DNA of 64,000 nt from an uncultured Anaerolineales bacterium (GCA_964448865.1 CAYUXO010000002.1:11602-75601); one strand, 5' to 3'. Positions 39,615-49,451 are shown, numbered from the stretch's first letter. Notes: generated by a model not told the origin, from the letters alone. Program-made: numbers and translations.

Positions 39615-39627
39615 TTAACTCTCCTTG

Positions 39628-40746
39628 TCAAGACTTAAAAACCATCACCGGATCAATTTGATTCAATCGCTGGATGGGTAATACTGCAGAAAACATGCTC
39701 ATGAGTAAAGTTAATAACCCTGCTAGCCCCACAGTTTGAGGTTCAAGCAATATATTGAATTGTGGCCAAGTTGCCATAATAAAATTGGCTGCTAGAATGG
39801 CCAGTAAAGTTCCGAAGATATAACCCAAAGCTGCTCTATAAAAAGTATCGATAATTACAATTCTGACCAACCGGATTCCACTTGCTCCAAGGGCTTTGAG
39901 TATTCCGTAATCTCTCGTGTTATCAATGACAGCCGTATACGAGGTTAATCCCGTCACTGCCACGCCAATAACAAAACCGATACCTAACATAACATTGATG
40001 GGAGAATCCATAATATTTGCAAGAATGCGGCGATCAGCTTCTGCGATATCATCTGGTAACATCGCGTTGACACCGGGGATCTCGGCCTCGATGGCAAGGG
40101 AAGCAGCTTCCGGATCAGTACCCTCTGGTAAACGGATCATGTGGTAACTTACGATACCTGAAAGTCCCAGTATATCCTCAGCTGCATCCAGGCTGACAAA
40201 TATATAGGGGCTCATCCAAGATGACGTTTCCTGTGATAATCCGACCAAAGTAAACTGCTGGCCAAGTAAGTTGACTGGATCCCCTATGATCAGTCCAGCT
40301 CGTTGGGCTAACCAAGTATCCAAGACGACCTCATTATTTTCTTTGATCGTCCGACCACTTCCAATTTTCCAGGGGTTGCCAAAGTTTGTGGCTGGATCGT
40401 ATCCAACTAACAACACAGGGGTTTTGGTCTCATTCTGGGTGAAGATTAAGTCAGCCATCAAGATATGGCCAGCTTCGGCAGCATCGGCAACCCCTGCGAT
40501 CCGTTCGTGCAGATCCAATGGCACAGCCGAATTGGATGAGAACATCCCCTGGACGCCGCTCTGAGCGACAATCAAATCCACGCCAATATTATCCACAAAA
40601 GCAGTCAAAGTGGCGTATAAACCCGCCCGGAAACCCATTAACAAAAGAATTAAGGTTAAGGCCGAGGCGACCCCGGCCACACTTACTACTAGTTTGCCTT
40701 TTTCGTAGAACAAATGGCGGCGGGTAAAAGATGCGTTCATAGTCAT
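39628..40746 (-). CDS. ABC transporter permease, FtsX/MacB-type, second distinct paralog
   Basis: Same architecture (RDYGILKALGA) but low identity to the neighbouring permease, suggesting a heterodimer. Confidence 0.8.
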   Translation of the reverse strand: MTMNASFTRRHLFYEKGKLVVSVAGVASALTLILLLMGFRAGLYATLTAFVDNIGVDLIVAQSGVQGMFSSNSAVPLDLHERIAGVADAAEAGHILMADLIFTQNETKTPVLLVGYDPATNFGNPWKIGSGRTIKENNEVVLDTWLAQRAGLIIGDPVNLLGQQFTLVGLSQETSSWMSPYIFVSLDAAEDILGLSGIVSYHMIRLPEGTDPEAASLAIEAEIPGVNAMLPDDIAEADRRILANIMDSPINVMLGIGFVIGVAVTGLTSYTAVIDNTRDYGILKALGASGIRLVRIVIIDTFYRAALGYIFGTLLAILAANFIMATWPQFNILLEPQTVGLAGLLTLLMSMFSAVLPIQRLNQIDPVMVFKS

Positions 40747-40856
40747 TCTCCATGAATATTTCTAACTTGGAGGGATTACACTCGAAAAATTGAGAAGATA
40801 AGCTCATTATAAATGATTTTCGTTCATTTGAAATGCGACAGTATACTTGCTCAACT

Positions 40857-40874
40857 ATAAGCAATCTTGCTTAT
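40857..40874. promoter_or_regulatory. Island palindrome site 5: ATAAGCAA-TC-TTGCTTAT
   Basis: Perfect arms; extends to a 10-2-10 palindrome (ctataagcaa tc ttgcttatag). Lies 111 nt upstream of the ABC operon. Confidence 0.5.
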
Positions 40875-40997
40875 AGAATTTGTTAGTAATAAGTGTCATG
40901 AGGGAAAATGGTAATGAATATATCCGCCAAGTGGCGGTTTGGATATCTATCTATTTTTCCAATGTCTCAATATGAAGAATACTGCTCATTTATGTGC

Positions 40998-41015
40998 ATA
41001 GGTAATAATGCCTAT
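40998..41015. promoter_or_regulatory. Island palindrome site 6: ATAGGTAA-TA-ATGCCTAT
   Basis: Lies 72 nt upstream of P2-csoR-copA. An extra GCCTAT half-site follows at 41016-41021. Confidence 0.5.
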
Positions 41016-41086
41016 GCCTATATGCGATAAAGGGCGCTTTTTTATTCGGCGAAAATCTTCTATACTGGAGGCAATGGAGCAAGATT

Positions 41087-41470
41087 ATGTCAATGGATCC
41101 TCAATTCTCAACGCTAGATATGGACTGTGAAACCACTATTGCACACTTAACCCGGCGGTTATCATATCATGGGCTGTGGACTATTCGTGATTTCGACCTG
41201 CAATCAGCTTGCGCTTCGTTTACGGATCTGAGCTGTCCACACAACGGTGATTCCACATGTGGCTGCCAAATGGTTGTCCTGTTAGTTTTTAGCAATGAAG
41301 CTTCTCCAGCTTCAATTGTGCTTCATACTCATCACGGTAAAACCGATGTTGACCTGATCGATTCGCCCAACAACTACCCTGGTCAACAATTAAAAAGAAC
41401 AATACAGCACGCGTTTGAAAAGATCGAGGATTCGCTTCTGTTGTTGAATTGGGAGACAAATGCAATCTGA
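41087..41470 (+). CDS. Small Cys/His-rich protein, paralog P2
   Basis: DFDLQ-x8-LSCPHNGDSTCGCQMVVLLVF-x11-HTHHGKT. Its stop overlaps the csoR-like start by 11 nt. Confidence 0.65.
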   Translation: MSMDPQFSTLDMDCETTIAHLTRRLSYHGLWTIRDFDLQSACASFTDLSCPHNGDSTCGCQMVVLLVFSNEASPASIVLHTHHGKTDVDLIDSPNNYPGQQLKRTIQHAFEKIEDSLLLLNWETNAI

Positions 41471-41741
41471 TATTTATTCATCCGTTATTGCCCGGCTGAG
41501 TTCAGCTGAAGGACACCTTCGAGCTGTCAACGGCATGGTGGAATCCCAGATTCCGAGCCGAATTGTTCTCCATCAATTGCGCGCTGTACAGGGAGCGTTA
41601 AAGGCAGTATCAAAGATGATTCATGGAGAATATATTGAGGAATGTTTGAGGATTTTAGTGACGAGCGATTCTCCAGAAGAAAGCCAGCAAGCTTTGGATT
41701 CTCTCCTGGAGTTGTACAACTGGTCAGTTAGTCAAAAATAA
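41460..41741 (+). CDS. CsoR/RcnR/FrmR-family (DUF156) protein lacking canonical Cu(I) ligands
   Basis: RLSSAEGHLRAVNGMVE...VLHQLRAVQGALKAVSKMI..EECL matches the family helices. By my alignment to the CsoR x-C-H-C fingerprint the ligand positions read S, Y and C. Confidence 0.65.
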   Translation: MQSDIYSSVIARLSSAEGHLRAVNGMVESQIPSRIVLHQLRAVQGALKAVSKMIHGEYIEECLRILVTSDSPEESQQALDSLLELYNWSVSQK

Positions 41742-41762
41742 ATCATATTAAAAGGAATAAAT

Positions 41763-44309
41763 ATGTCAACAAAAATCAAAGAAACAAACCTGCCAATTTC
41801 CGGGATGACCTGTGCCTCTTGTGTTGCACATGTCGAAAAGTCTTTAAATGAAATTCCCGGAGTAAAAAAAGCAACAGTAAACCTGGCCACCGAACGTGCG
41901 ACTATCAAATACGATGGCAGCGATGTTGACCCGGGAGTTCTTGTTCAAGCTGTGCGCGACTCTGGGTATGACGTTCCCTCAGAAACAATTAACCTACCTA
42001 TTGGAGGTATGACCTGTGCCTCCTGTGTCGCTCACGTAGAGGGTGGATTAGCGGACACCCAGGGAGTGGTCAGCGCTTCTGTCAACCTGGCTACAGAACG
42101 GGCAACCGTCAAGTATATCCCAAGCATCACCAGCCGGGATGATCTAATAAAAGCCGTGGCTGATACTGGATATAAAGTACTAGAAATGGAATCTATTGAA
42201 GGTGAAGACGAAGTCGATCAGGAAGAACGCAAAATGGCAGAGTCCCTTTTTCGTGTGCGCGTGGCCTGGGCATTCACGCTTCCCATCATCTTGTGGATGT
42301 TTGCTGAAATGTTCTTTGGTATTGTCTGGCCCAATGAGACGATATTTAATTTGGGCATGATCATACTGGCTTTGCCGGTCCTCTTCTGGGTGGGCTGGCC
42401 GACTTACCGCGGCGCCTGGGCAGCCGTCACTCACAAACACGCTAATATGGATACCCTGATCGCATTAGGAACAGGAGTCTCGCTTCTGACTGGCCCGGCC
42501 TGGTTCTTCACTCCGGTTGCAAATTATGCGGGTGTTGCCGCCATGATCATGGCCTTCCACTTGACTGGCCGGTATATCGAAGAGAGCGCTAAAGGACGGG
42601 CTTCTCAAGCTATCCGGAAACTGCTTGAGCTCGGTGCCAAGACAGCCCGGATTGAGCGTGATGGTCGTGAAGTAGAAATGCCCATCGATGAAGTTCAGGT
42701 TGGTGACTTGATGGTAGTGCGGCCAGGCGAGAAAATTCCTACAGACGGTTTGGTACGCAGTGGAGAAAGTGCTGTAGACGAATCGATGGCTACCGGCGAA
42801 TCGATGCCGGTCAATAAACACCCGGGTGATGAAGTCATCGGCGCCACTGTCAACCAGGAGGGTTTGCTTAAAGTAGAAGCCACCAAGATCGGTAAGGACA
42901 CTTTCCTTTCCCAGGTGATTAAACTGGTAGACGAGTGCCAGGGATCCAAGGTGCCCATTCAGGAATTCGCTGATAAAGTTACCGGGATCTTTGTGCCGGT
43001 GGTGATTGGTATCACTGTGTTGACTGTGCTAGCCTGGGTTGTGTTACCCAGAGTGATGCAGCCGCTGGTTGAATTGGGAACCTTTCTGCCCTGGGTTGAC
43101 CCGAGTTTGGGGGTTCTCACATTGGCGATCGTTTCAATGGTAGCGGTATTGGTGATTGCCTGCCCCTGCGCCTTAGGTCTGGCAACTCCCACAGCACTGA
43201 TGGTTGGAAGCGGTATGGGCGCTGAAAACGGCATACTGATCCGGTCAGGTGCTGCCATCCAATCTATCAAAGACGTGAAAATTGTGATTTTTGATAAGAC
43301 CGGGACCATTACCAAAGGCAAGCCAGAAGTCACTGATGTGGTAACCAGTGATCAATGGATAGAGAATGGGACTGAGGATGGATTACTCCGATATGCTGCT
43401 TCTGTTGAACGAGGGTCTGAACATCCGTTAGGACGGGCCATGGTCGTATGGGCAGAAAACAAGGGATTGGACCTTGTTGATCCCGAGAAATTTGGAGCTG
43501 TGCGCGGCAAAGGGGTAATCGCCACAGTGAATGACAAGATTGTACTGGTGGGGTCCAGGCGGCTGATGAAAGAGAACGACATAGACCCGTCTGTACTGGA
43601 AGATGACCTCGTGAAGCTTGAGAATGAAGCCAAAACCGCGATGTTGGTGGCTGTGGATGGAAATCTGGCTGGTATCGTGGCAGTAGCCGACACACTGAAA
43701 GAGGACTCTTCCCTGGCAATCAACGCCTTGCACCAGATGGGCATCCAGACAGCGATGATCACCGGCGACAACCAGCGTACGGCGAAGGCTATCGCTCAAG
43801 TGGTCGGTATCGATCATATCCTGGCGGAAGTGCTGCCCGACGGGAAAGTAGACGAGGTGAAGAAGCTGCAGCAGCAATTTGGGATCGTGGCTTTTGTGGG
43901 CGATGGCATCAACGATGCTCCTGCTCTGACACAAGCCAATGTAGGTTTGGCCATCGGTACCGGTACCGACATTGCCATCGAAGCCAGTGATATCACCCTG
44001 GTGCGCGGTGAGCTGACCGGCGTGATCGAAGCCATAAACCTCAGCCGGGAGACTTTCAAGAAGATTAAACAAAACCTGTTCTGGGCTTTCTTCTACAATG
44101 TTGCTATGATCCCCCTGGCGGTGATTGGCTGGATGCACCCCGTGCTGGCCGAGATTGCCATGGCAACCTCATCCATTACTGTAGTCAGCAATGCCAACCG
44201 TCTGCGCAAGATTGACATCCGCCCTGATTACCGTCAGAAATCCACTGAAAATGATGATCAGTATACAGTGGAGCCAACCCTGGCTAACCAGGCTCGACAA
44301 AGAGTGTAG
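41763..44309 (+). CDS. copA: Cu(I)-exporting P1B-type ATPase with two N-terminal HMA domains
   Basis: Two [12 protein letters not shown] motifs, [21 protein letters not shown] and GDGINDAP. Confidence 0.9.
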   Translation: MSTKIKETNLPISGMTCASCVAHVEKSLNEIPGVKKATVNLATERATIKYDGSDVDPGVLVQAVRDSGYDVPSETINLPIGGMTCASCVAHVEGGLADTQGVVSASVNLATERATVKYIPSITSRDDLIKAVADTGYKVLEMESIEGEDEVDQEERKMAESLFRVRVAWAFTLPIILWMFAEMFFGIVWPNETIFNLGMIILALPVLFWVGWPTYRGAWAAVTHKHANMDTLIALGTGVSLLTGPAWFFTPVANYAGVAAMIMAFHLTGRYIEESAKGRASQAIRKLLELGAKTARIERDGREVEMPIDEVQVGDLMVVRPGEKIPTDGLVRSGESAVDESMATGESMPVNKHPGDEVIGATVNQEGLLKVEATKIGKDTFLSQVIKLVDECQGSKVPIQEFADKVTGIFVPVVIGITVLTVLAWVVLPRVMQPLVELGTFLPWVDPSLGVLTLAIVSMVAVLVIACPCALGLATPTALMVGSGMGAENGILIRSGAAIQSIKDVKIVIFDKTGTITKGKPEVTDVVTSDQWIENGTEDGLLRYAASVERGSEHPLGRAMVVWAENKGLDLVDPEKFGAVRGKGVIATVNDKIVLVGSRRLMKENDIDPSVLEDDLVKLENEAKTAMLVAVDGNLAGIVAVADTLKEDSSLAINALHQMGIQTAMITGDNQRTAKAIAQVVGIDHILAEVLPDGKVDEVKKLQQQFGIVAFVGDGINDAPALTQANVGLAIGTGTDIAIEASDITLVRGELTGVIEAINLSRETFKKIKQNLFWAFFYNVAMIPLAVIGWMHPVLAEIAMATSSITVVSNANRLRKIDIRPDYRQKSTENDDQYTVEPTLANQARQRV

Positions 44310-44431
44310 ATCGTTTAACTGTCGGATCAGGACAGATAGCTTGATAGGTATAAGTTTGGCAGCGCGAGCTAAAAGGCATGTACGGAGAGTCAATTTCTAA
44401 TGAAAAAGAATCTATTTCAAAGGAGTTCAAA

Positions 44432-44608
44432 ATGGCTATTGATCCTGTTTGCAAAATGGAAGTCGATGAAAGTTCCGCAGCAGCTACCTCTGAGTATAAG
44501 GGTGAAACCTACTACTTCTGTGCTCCAGGCTGCAAGGCATCCTTCGATAAGGAGCCAGAGAAATATCTAACTGACCATGCTGGTCACGAGCATCATGAGC
44601 ACCATTAG
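44432..44608 (+). CDS. YHS/TRASH-domain protein with His-rich tail
   Basis: DPVCKMEV...YYFCAPGCKASFDKEPEKY and a C-terminal HAGHEHHEHH tail. AAGGAG RBS before ATG 44432. Confidence 0.7.
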   Translation: MAIDPVCKMEVDESSAAATSEYKGETYYFCAPGCKASFDKEPEKYLTDHAGHEHHEHH

Positions 44609-44628
44609 AAACGTCAGTATTTAATCAA

Positions 44629-44659
44629 GTGGAGGTCTGGATGGGACCTCCACTTCTTT
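44629..44659 (+). terminator. Intrinsic terminator after the YHS gene
   Basis: gtggaggtc / gacctccac stem followed by ttcttt. Confidence 0.55.
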
Positions 44660-44680
44660 ACCCCACAAAGGAACCAGATC

Positions 44681-45682
44681 ATGATTGATAATCACACTGA
44701 TGAACCGTCGAACATTGCTGCACCGCCAGAGTTAACCGGAGGCAATGTTATAGAAACAAAGATGCCTGATTCTCTGGTGGGAAAAAAGCCCAAATTGGGA
44801 TTTCTCCAACTATTAATATTCCTAATCATTTTTGCCTTCGGTTTGGGGAGCGGTTACTTGCTCTGGGAAACTGAGCTTCTACAAACTAATAAGCCCCAAA
44901 CTGCCGCCGATCTATTGCGCCAGGTCAATCCAACTAAAGGACACAAGCTCTCAGCCACATACGGAGATTTAGGTCCAGCCATGGTAAAGTCAGGAGTGAT
45001 TGACTACGATAAATTTTTACAGGTTTACGAGAGTGCTGGGCTGCCATTGAGCGATGCCCAAAAAGAGATCTTGACACAGGGCAGTGATGCGCAAATAGTT
45101 TTTAACCGTGAAAATGCTTATTTCTTATTGAATTATTTCTGGGCTCTGGGACTTATTAACGAAAACCCCATCCTTACTGAGGGGGCGATGATGCAATATG
45201 GACCGGAAGAGGTGGGACGATTTGCCTCAACAGGCGGCTGGACGATTGGTGCGAAACCAGCCACAGATCTTTTTGCCAGCACACCTCTCATTGTGCTCAC
45301 TTCTGAGCAGCAAGCCAAATTAGAAAAGGTAACTCAGAATGTCTATCGGCCTTGCTGTAACAATTCTACCTACTTTCCTGATTGCAATCATGGGATGGCA
45401 ATGTTGGGCCTATTGACTCTGCTGGCCTCGGAAAATGCCAGCGAGACCGAACTATATGATGCTGCTAAATACGCTAATGCTTTCTGGTATCCCCAACAAT
45501 ATATTGAATTGGCGATTTATTTTAATGCTATTGATGGTCAAGAGTTTTCGAAAGTCGACTCTCGGAAAGTGGTCAGCGGTGACTTCTCGTCAGGAACAGG
45601 TTTTGGCAAGGTCCATCAATACCTGGTAGCCAACGGTTTGCTTGAGCAGGCTCCTGGCAGCCGAAATAGCTGTGGTGTCTAG
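44681..45682 (+). CDS. Membrane-anchored protein of unknown function with CC-x8-C-x-H motif
   Basis: One TM helix, then a soluble domain carrying YRPCCNNSTYFPDCNHGMAMLG. No family recognised. Confidence 0.5.
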   Translation: MIDNHTDEPSNIAAPPELTGGNVIETKMPDSLVGKKPKLGFLQLLIFLIIFAFGLGSGYLLWETELLQTNKPQTAADLLRQVNPTKGHKLSATYGDLGPAMVKSGVIDYDKFLQVYESAGLPLSDAQKEILTQGSDAQIVFNRENAYFLLNYFWALGLINENPILTEGAMMQYGPEEVGRFASTGGWTIGAKPATDLFASTPLIVLTSEQQAKLEKVTQNVYRPCCNNSTYFPDCNHGMAMLGLLTLLASENASETELYDAAKYANAFWYPQQYIELAIYFNAIDGQEFSKVDSRKVVSGDFSSGTGFGKVHQYLVANGLLEQAPGSRNSCGV

Positions 45683-45826
45683 AGGCCAGCAACCACTCTA
45701 AAACATTGTGGTGAAGTGTAATACAAAGTAAACCAACCGCCTTTTCCTGGATTAATAGTTAACCCAGGGAAGATATCCTGGAGTATAAATTTCTTAACTA
45801 TTAGTTAGAAAGAAGAGGAGTTATTA

Positions 45827-46714
45827 ATGAATCCAATCATCTTTACTATCCCCGGAACGAATATATCCCTCCATTGGTATGGGGTGATCATGGCTGCGGG
45901 AATCATTATTGCTAGCGTAATTGCTAGTTGGGGAGTCCGTCAACGTGGAGAAAACCCGGATCATGTCTGGGATTTGCTTGTCTGGGGGGTTCCCGCCGGT
46001 ATCGCTGGAGCCCGATTGTGGTATGTTGTCAACGAGACGTTAGGTGGAAACAGGTATTATTTAGACCAACCTCTTAGAATCCTGAATCTGCCTGAAGGTG
46101 GATTGCATTTCTATGGAGCTGTATTATTCGGTGGGGTTGCAGGATTGTTATATGTGCGGAAACACGGTTTGGACTATCGTATAATTCTTGATGCTGCGGC
46201 ACCGGCGTTGTTCATCGGACAAGCATTGGTTCGACCAGCGAATTTTATTAATCAAGAGCTCTATGGACCACCAACAGAATTACCATGGGGTATTTCTATT
46301 GATGCGGCACATCGTCTGGCTCCCTGGAATAATCTGGCCCTTTTTCCTATTGAAACGACCAGATTTCATCCAGCTTTTGCATATGAAATGCTGTGGAATT
46401 TCCTTGCAGCAGGATTGTTGTTATGGATCGCCTTTGAATTTCGCAAAAGAGTAAAACCGGGCTCAATCTTCGCTGGATGGCTAGTGTTGGAAGGTATTGG
46501 ACGGGAACTAATTGAGTTCTTCCGACCTGATCAACCCCTGATTTCAGGCACAGTCATAAGCTACTCACGCATCGCCGCGGGATTGATGGTGATTGCAGGA
46601 ATCGTTATTCTGTTGGATAAATACGATGTGATCCGACTCCCATTTGGAGATGCAGCCCCAAAGACTTATAAAATATCTCGTAAAACCAAAAAAGTAAAAT
46701 CAACACGAAAGTAG
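45827..46714 (+). CDS. lgt: Prolipoprotein diacylglyceryl transferase
   Basis: HWYGVIMAAG, GARLWYV and RFHPAFAYE; polytopic with a basic C-terminal tail. Confidence 0.8.
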   Translation: MNPIIFTIPGTNISLHWYGVIMAAGIIIASVIASWGVRQRGENPDHVWDLLVWGVPAGIAGARLWYVVNETLGGNRYYLDQPLRILNLPEGGLHFYGAVLFGGVAGLLYVRKHGLDYRIILDAAAPALFIGQALVRPANFINQELYGPPTELPWGISIDAAHRLAPWNNLALFPIETTRFHPAFAYEMLWNFLAAGLLLWIAFEFRKRVKPGSIFAGWLVLEGIGRELIEFFRPDQPLISGTVISYSRIAAGLMVIAGIVILLDKYDVIRLPFGDAAPKTYKISRKTKKVKSTRK

Positions 46715-46742
46715 ATCATTAACAAAAAAGGTTGTATGAAAG

Positions 46743-47885
46743 ATGATGAAATTTGAAACCAAGTCCATTCATAGCGGTCAACAATCTGATCCTCTAACAG
46801 GTGCAGTGATGACCCCCATCTATCAAACCTCGACTTACCAACAGGATGCCGTTGGCCAACATCGGGGATTTGAATATTCCCGGACAGGAAATCCTACGCG
46901 CTCAGTCCTGGAAAATTGCCTAGCTGATTTGGAGGGAAGCGAGTTCGGGTTGGCTTTTTCTTCTGGGATGGCAGCCATCGATACGCTGATCCGTATTTTA
47001 GAACCCGGAGATCATGTCCTGGTTGGAAATGATGTTTACGGGGGCACCTACCGTTTATTTGAGAGTGAATATCGCCGTTTTAATATTGATTTCTCTTATG
47101 TGAATACAACTGAAATAGACCAAGTGGTATCCAGCCTCAAACCGAATACAAAGCAAGTCTGGCTGGAAACACCCACTAATCCCCTCCTTAATATCAGTGA
47201 TATTGAGGTTCTTTCTGAGGTGGTTCATGATTACGCTCCGGGAATTTCAGTTGTGGTTGATAACACGTTTGCAACACCTTACCTCCAACAACCGCTAGCG
47301 ATGGGTGCGGATGTGGTTGTGCATTCCACAACAAAATATTTGGGCGGACATTCCGATATAGTCGGAGGCGCAATTGTATCCAAGAATCGGGCAATCCACG
47401 AACGTCTGTCCTTTTTGCAGAATGCTGCTGGAGCGATACCGGGGCCGATGGATTGTTTCCTTGCCTTAAGGGGGATCAAGACACTCCCTGTCCGGATGGA
47501 CCGCCACGCCGAGAACGCTGCCAAAGTCACGGATTTTCTACACACACATCCTCGAGTAACAAAGGTGTTCTATCCCTTTCATTCCTCGCACCCTCAAAGC
47601 AAACTGGCTCAACGCCAAATGCGCAATGGCGGAGGGATGGTTTCTTTTGTGCTCATGGGTGGGGAAGAAGGAGCAAAGCAAGTTGCTGAATCAACAAAAA
47701 TTTTTAAACTTGCTGAATCACTGGGAGGTGTGGAGTCTTTAATTGAGGTTCCTGCTATTATGACCCATGCATCCACAGCGGATTCCCCCTTGGCAGTGGA
47801 TCCGGGTTTAGTTCGTCTTTCTGTAGGACTGGAACACATTGACGATTTGATCGCTGACTTGGAACAATCTTTAGCAACAGAATAG
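46743..47885 (+). CDS. Cystathionine gamma-lyase/synthase family PLP enzyme
   Basis: Cys/Met-metabolism PLP fold: HSTTKYLGGHSD (PLP-Lys) and SLGGVESL. Confidence 0.85.
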   Translation: MMKFETKSIHSGQQSDPLTGAVMTPIYQTSTYQQDAVGQHRGFEYSRTGNPTRSVLENCLADLEGSEFGLAFSSGMAAIDTLIRILEPGDHVLVGNDVYGGTYRLFESEYRRFNIDFSYVNTTEIDQVVSSLKPNTKQVWLETPTNPLLNISDIEVLSEVVHDYAPGISVVVDNTFATPYLQQPLAMGADVVVHSTTKYLGGHSDIVGGAIVSKNRAIHERLSFLQNAAGAIPGPMDCFLALRGIKTLPVRMDRHAENAAKVTDFLHTHPRVTKVFYPFHSSHPQSKLAQRQMRNGGGMVSFVLMGGEEGAKQVAESTKIFKLAESLGGVESLIEVPAIMTHASTADSPLAVDPGLVRLSVGLEHIDDLIADLEQSLATE

Positions 47886-47933
47886 GAATTGGATCTTTTT
47901 CCTCATTTTCTGAGTATGGCTGGTAAGTAACAA

Positions 47934-47966
47934 AATGCCCGAAAGATCTATAACCTTTCGGGCATT
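47934..47966. terminator. Bidirectional terminator between the convergent transsulfuration genes
   Basis: aatgcccgaaag / ctttcgggcatt 12-bp stem with A/T runs on both sides. Confidence 0.65.
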
Positions 47967-47992
47967 AAATTTTCTTCTCTGAATACTCCAAC

Positions 47993-49411
47993 TTAAATGT
48001 CTTGCGAAACTATGTCTAAAACATCGATTTTCGTCAGGATTCCAATTGGGTTTGTTGAATCTGAGACTAAGATCACAGAGCCTTCCATTAAATCGGGAAT
48101 TACAGCTTCTACTGGTGTGTCGACAGGATATGAAGGGGGTTCAGGCCGGACGATAGATGCGACGGTTTCGTTGGGAGTATGATCGTGTTCTCCTGAAACC
48201 ATGTGCTCTAAGAGATCCACCTCTGTAACCATCCCGGTGATCTTTCCTCCTTCATTTAGGATGGGCATCTGGGAAATGTCGTATTCTTTCATTTCCTTGA
48301 TGACAACGGTCATAGGGTCATTCAGATATGCTGTAATTAATCCAGGAATGGCTTTGTCTGCCAATACCTCTCCTAAAGATATTTCGTTCCAGGTTGTTTC
48401 TAGAAAGCCGTTTTCCCGCATCCATTTGTCATTGAAGATTTTCGACAGGTAACGAGAACCAGAGTCGGGCAAGAGTACCACTACCAGACGATCCTCAGGA
48501 AGGTTCCGGGCATACTTCACCGAACCGGCTACCGCTGATCCTGAAGATCCGCCGCAGAAAATACCTTCTTCTTTAACAATTTTTCTCGTCCACAAAAAGG
48601 ATTCTTTATCATTTACAGATAGCACTCGATCTATAACTGAGAGATCTAGCGTAGTTGGAAGAAAGTCCTCACCGATACCTTCGACTTTGTAGGGGAACAC
48701 ATCCGCATCTATGGGAACTTCACCTGCTTGCCACGTAACTTGCAGGAGGGAGCCCTCCGGATCGACACCGATTATCTGGATATCCGGATTTTGTTCCTTT
48801 AAGTAACGACCCACGCCGGAAATAGTTCCACCCGTGCCCATGCTTAAAACCACATCCGTCACCTTCCCCTGAGTTTGTTCCCATATTTCGGGACCAGTTG
48901 TCCGGTAGTGACTTCGTGGGTTTTCGAGGTTGTGATACTGGTTAGCCAGGATGGCGTTGGGTGTTTCTGCCACCATGCGATCAGCCACGCTGTAATAGGA
49001 TTTGGGATCCTCAGGTGCTACTGAAGTGGGCGTGACGAGAACTTTAGCTCCGTAAGCTCTAAGCAGCTGGATTTTTTCATGGCTCATCTTATCGGGTATG
49101 ACAAAAACGGAACTATACCCTTTGATTGCGCAGGCGATGGCTAATCCAACCCCCGTATTACCAGATGTGGCCTCAACCACTGTTCCTCCGGGCTGCAGAC
49201 GTCCACTGCGTTCAGCCTCCTCAATTATATTTAGACCAATGCGGTCTTTTACTGACCCCCCGGGATTAAAGAATTCCACTTTGGCATATAAAGCGCAGGC
49301 AAGGTCTTTTCCAATGTTGTTGAGGCGCACTAATGGCGTCCGGCCGATAGTTTGCAGGATGTTGTCATAAACTTGAAGATCATTAGGGTTATATTGTAAG
49401 TTGCTCATCAC
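47993..49411 (-). CDS. Cystathionine beta-synthase (CysK-fold plus tandem CBS domains)
   Basis: KVEFFNPGGSVKDR, SGNTG, GTGGT and a C-terminal CBS pair. Confidence 0.85.
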   Translation of the reverse strand: MMSNLQYNPNDLQVYDNILQTIGRTPLVRLNNIGKDLACALYAKVEFFNPGGSVKDRIGLNIIEEAERSGRLQPGGTVVEATSGNTGVGLAIACAIKGYSSVFVIPDKMSHEKIQLLRAYGAKVLVTPTSVAPEDPKSYYSVADRMVAETPNAILANQYHNLENPRSHYRTTGPEIWEQTQGKVTDVVLSMGTGGTISGVGRYLKEQNPDIQIIGVDPEGSLLQVTWQAGEVPIDADVFPYKVEGIGEDFLPTTLDLSVIDRVLSVNDKESFLWTRKIVKEEGIFCGGSSGSAVAGSVKYARNLPEDRLVVVLLPDSGSRYLSKIFNDKWMRENGFLETTWNEISLGEVLADKAIPGLITAYLNDPMTVVIKEMKEYDISQMPILNEGGKITGMVTEVDLLEHMVSGEHDHTPNETVASIVRPEPPSYPVDTPVEAVIPDLMEGSVILVSDSTNPIGILTKIDVLDIVSQDI

Positions 49412-49451
49412 AATTCTCCTTCTTACTGATTAAAATTTCTTACCATTAAAT

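Noticed and set aside
43428-44138. 236-aa antisense ORF, together with several other 80-140-aa antisense ORFs, inside copA.
   Set aside because: These lie fully within a confidently identified P-type ATPase gene on the other strand. Their composition is low-complexity and Arg/Gly/His-rich with no motifs, which is typical of shadow ORFs. The same reasoning applies to the antisense ORFs inside the heme, ABC-transporter, CBS and histidine-kinase genes.
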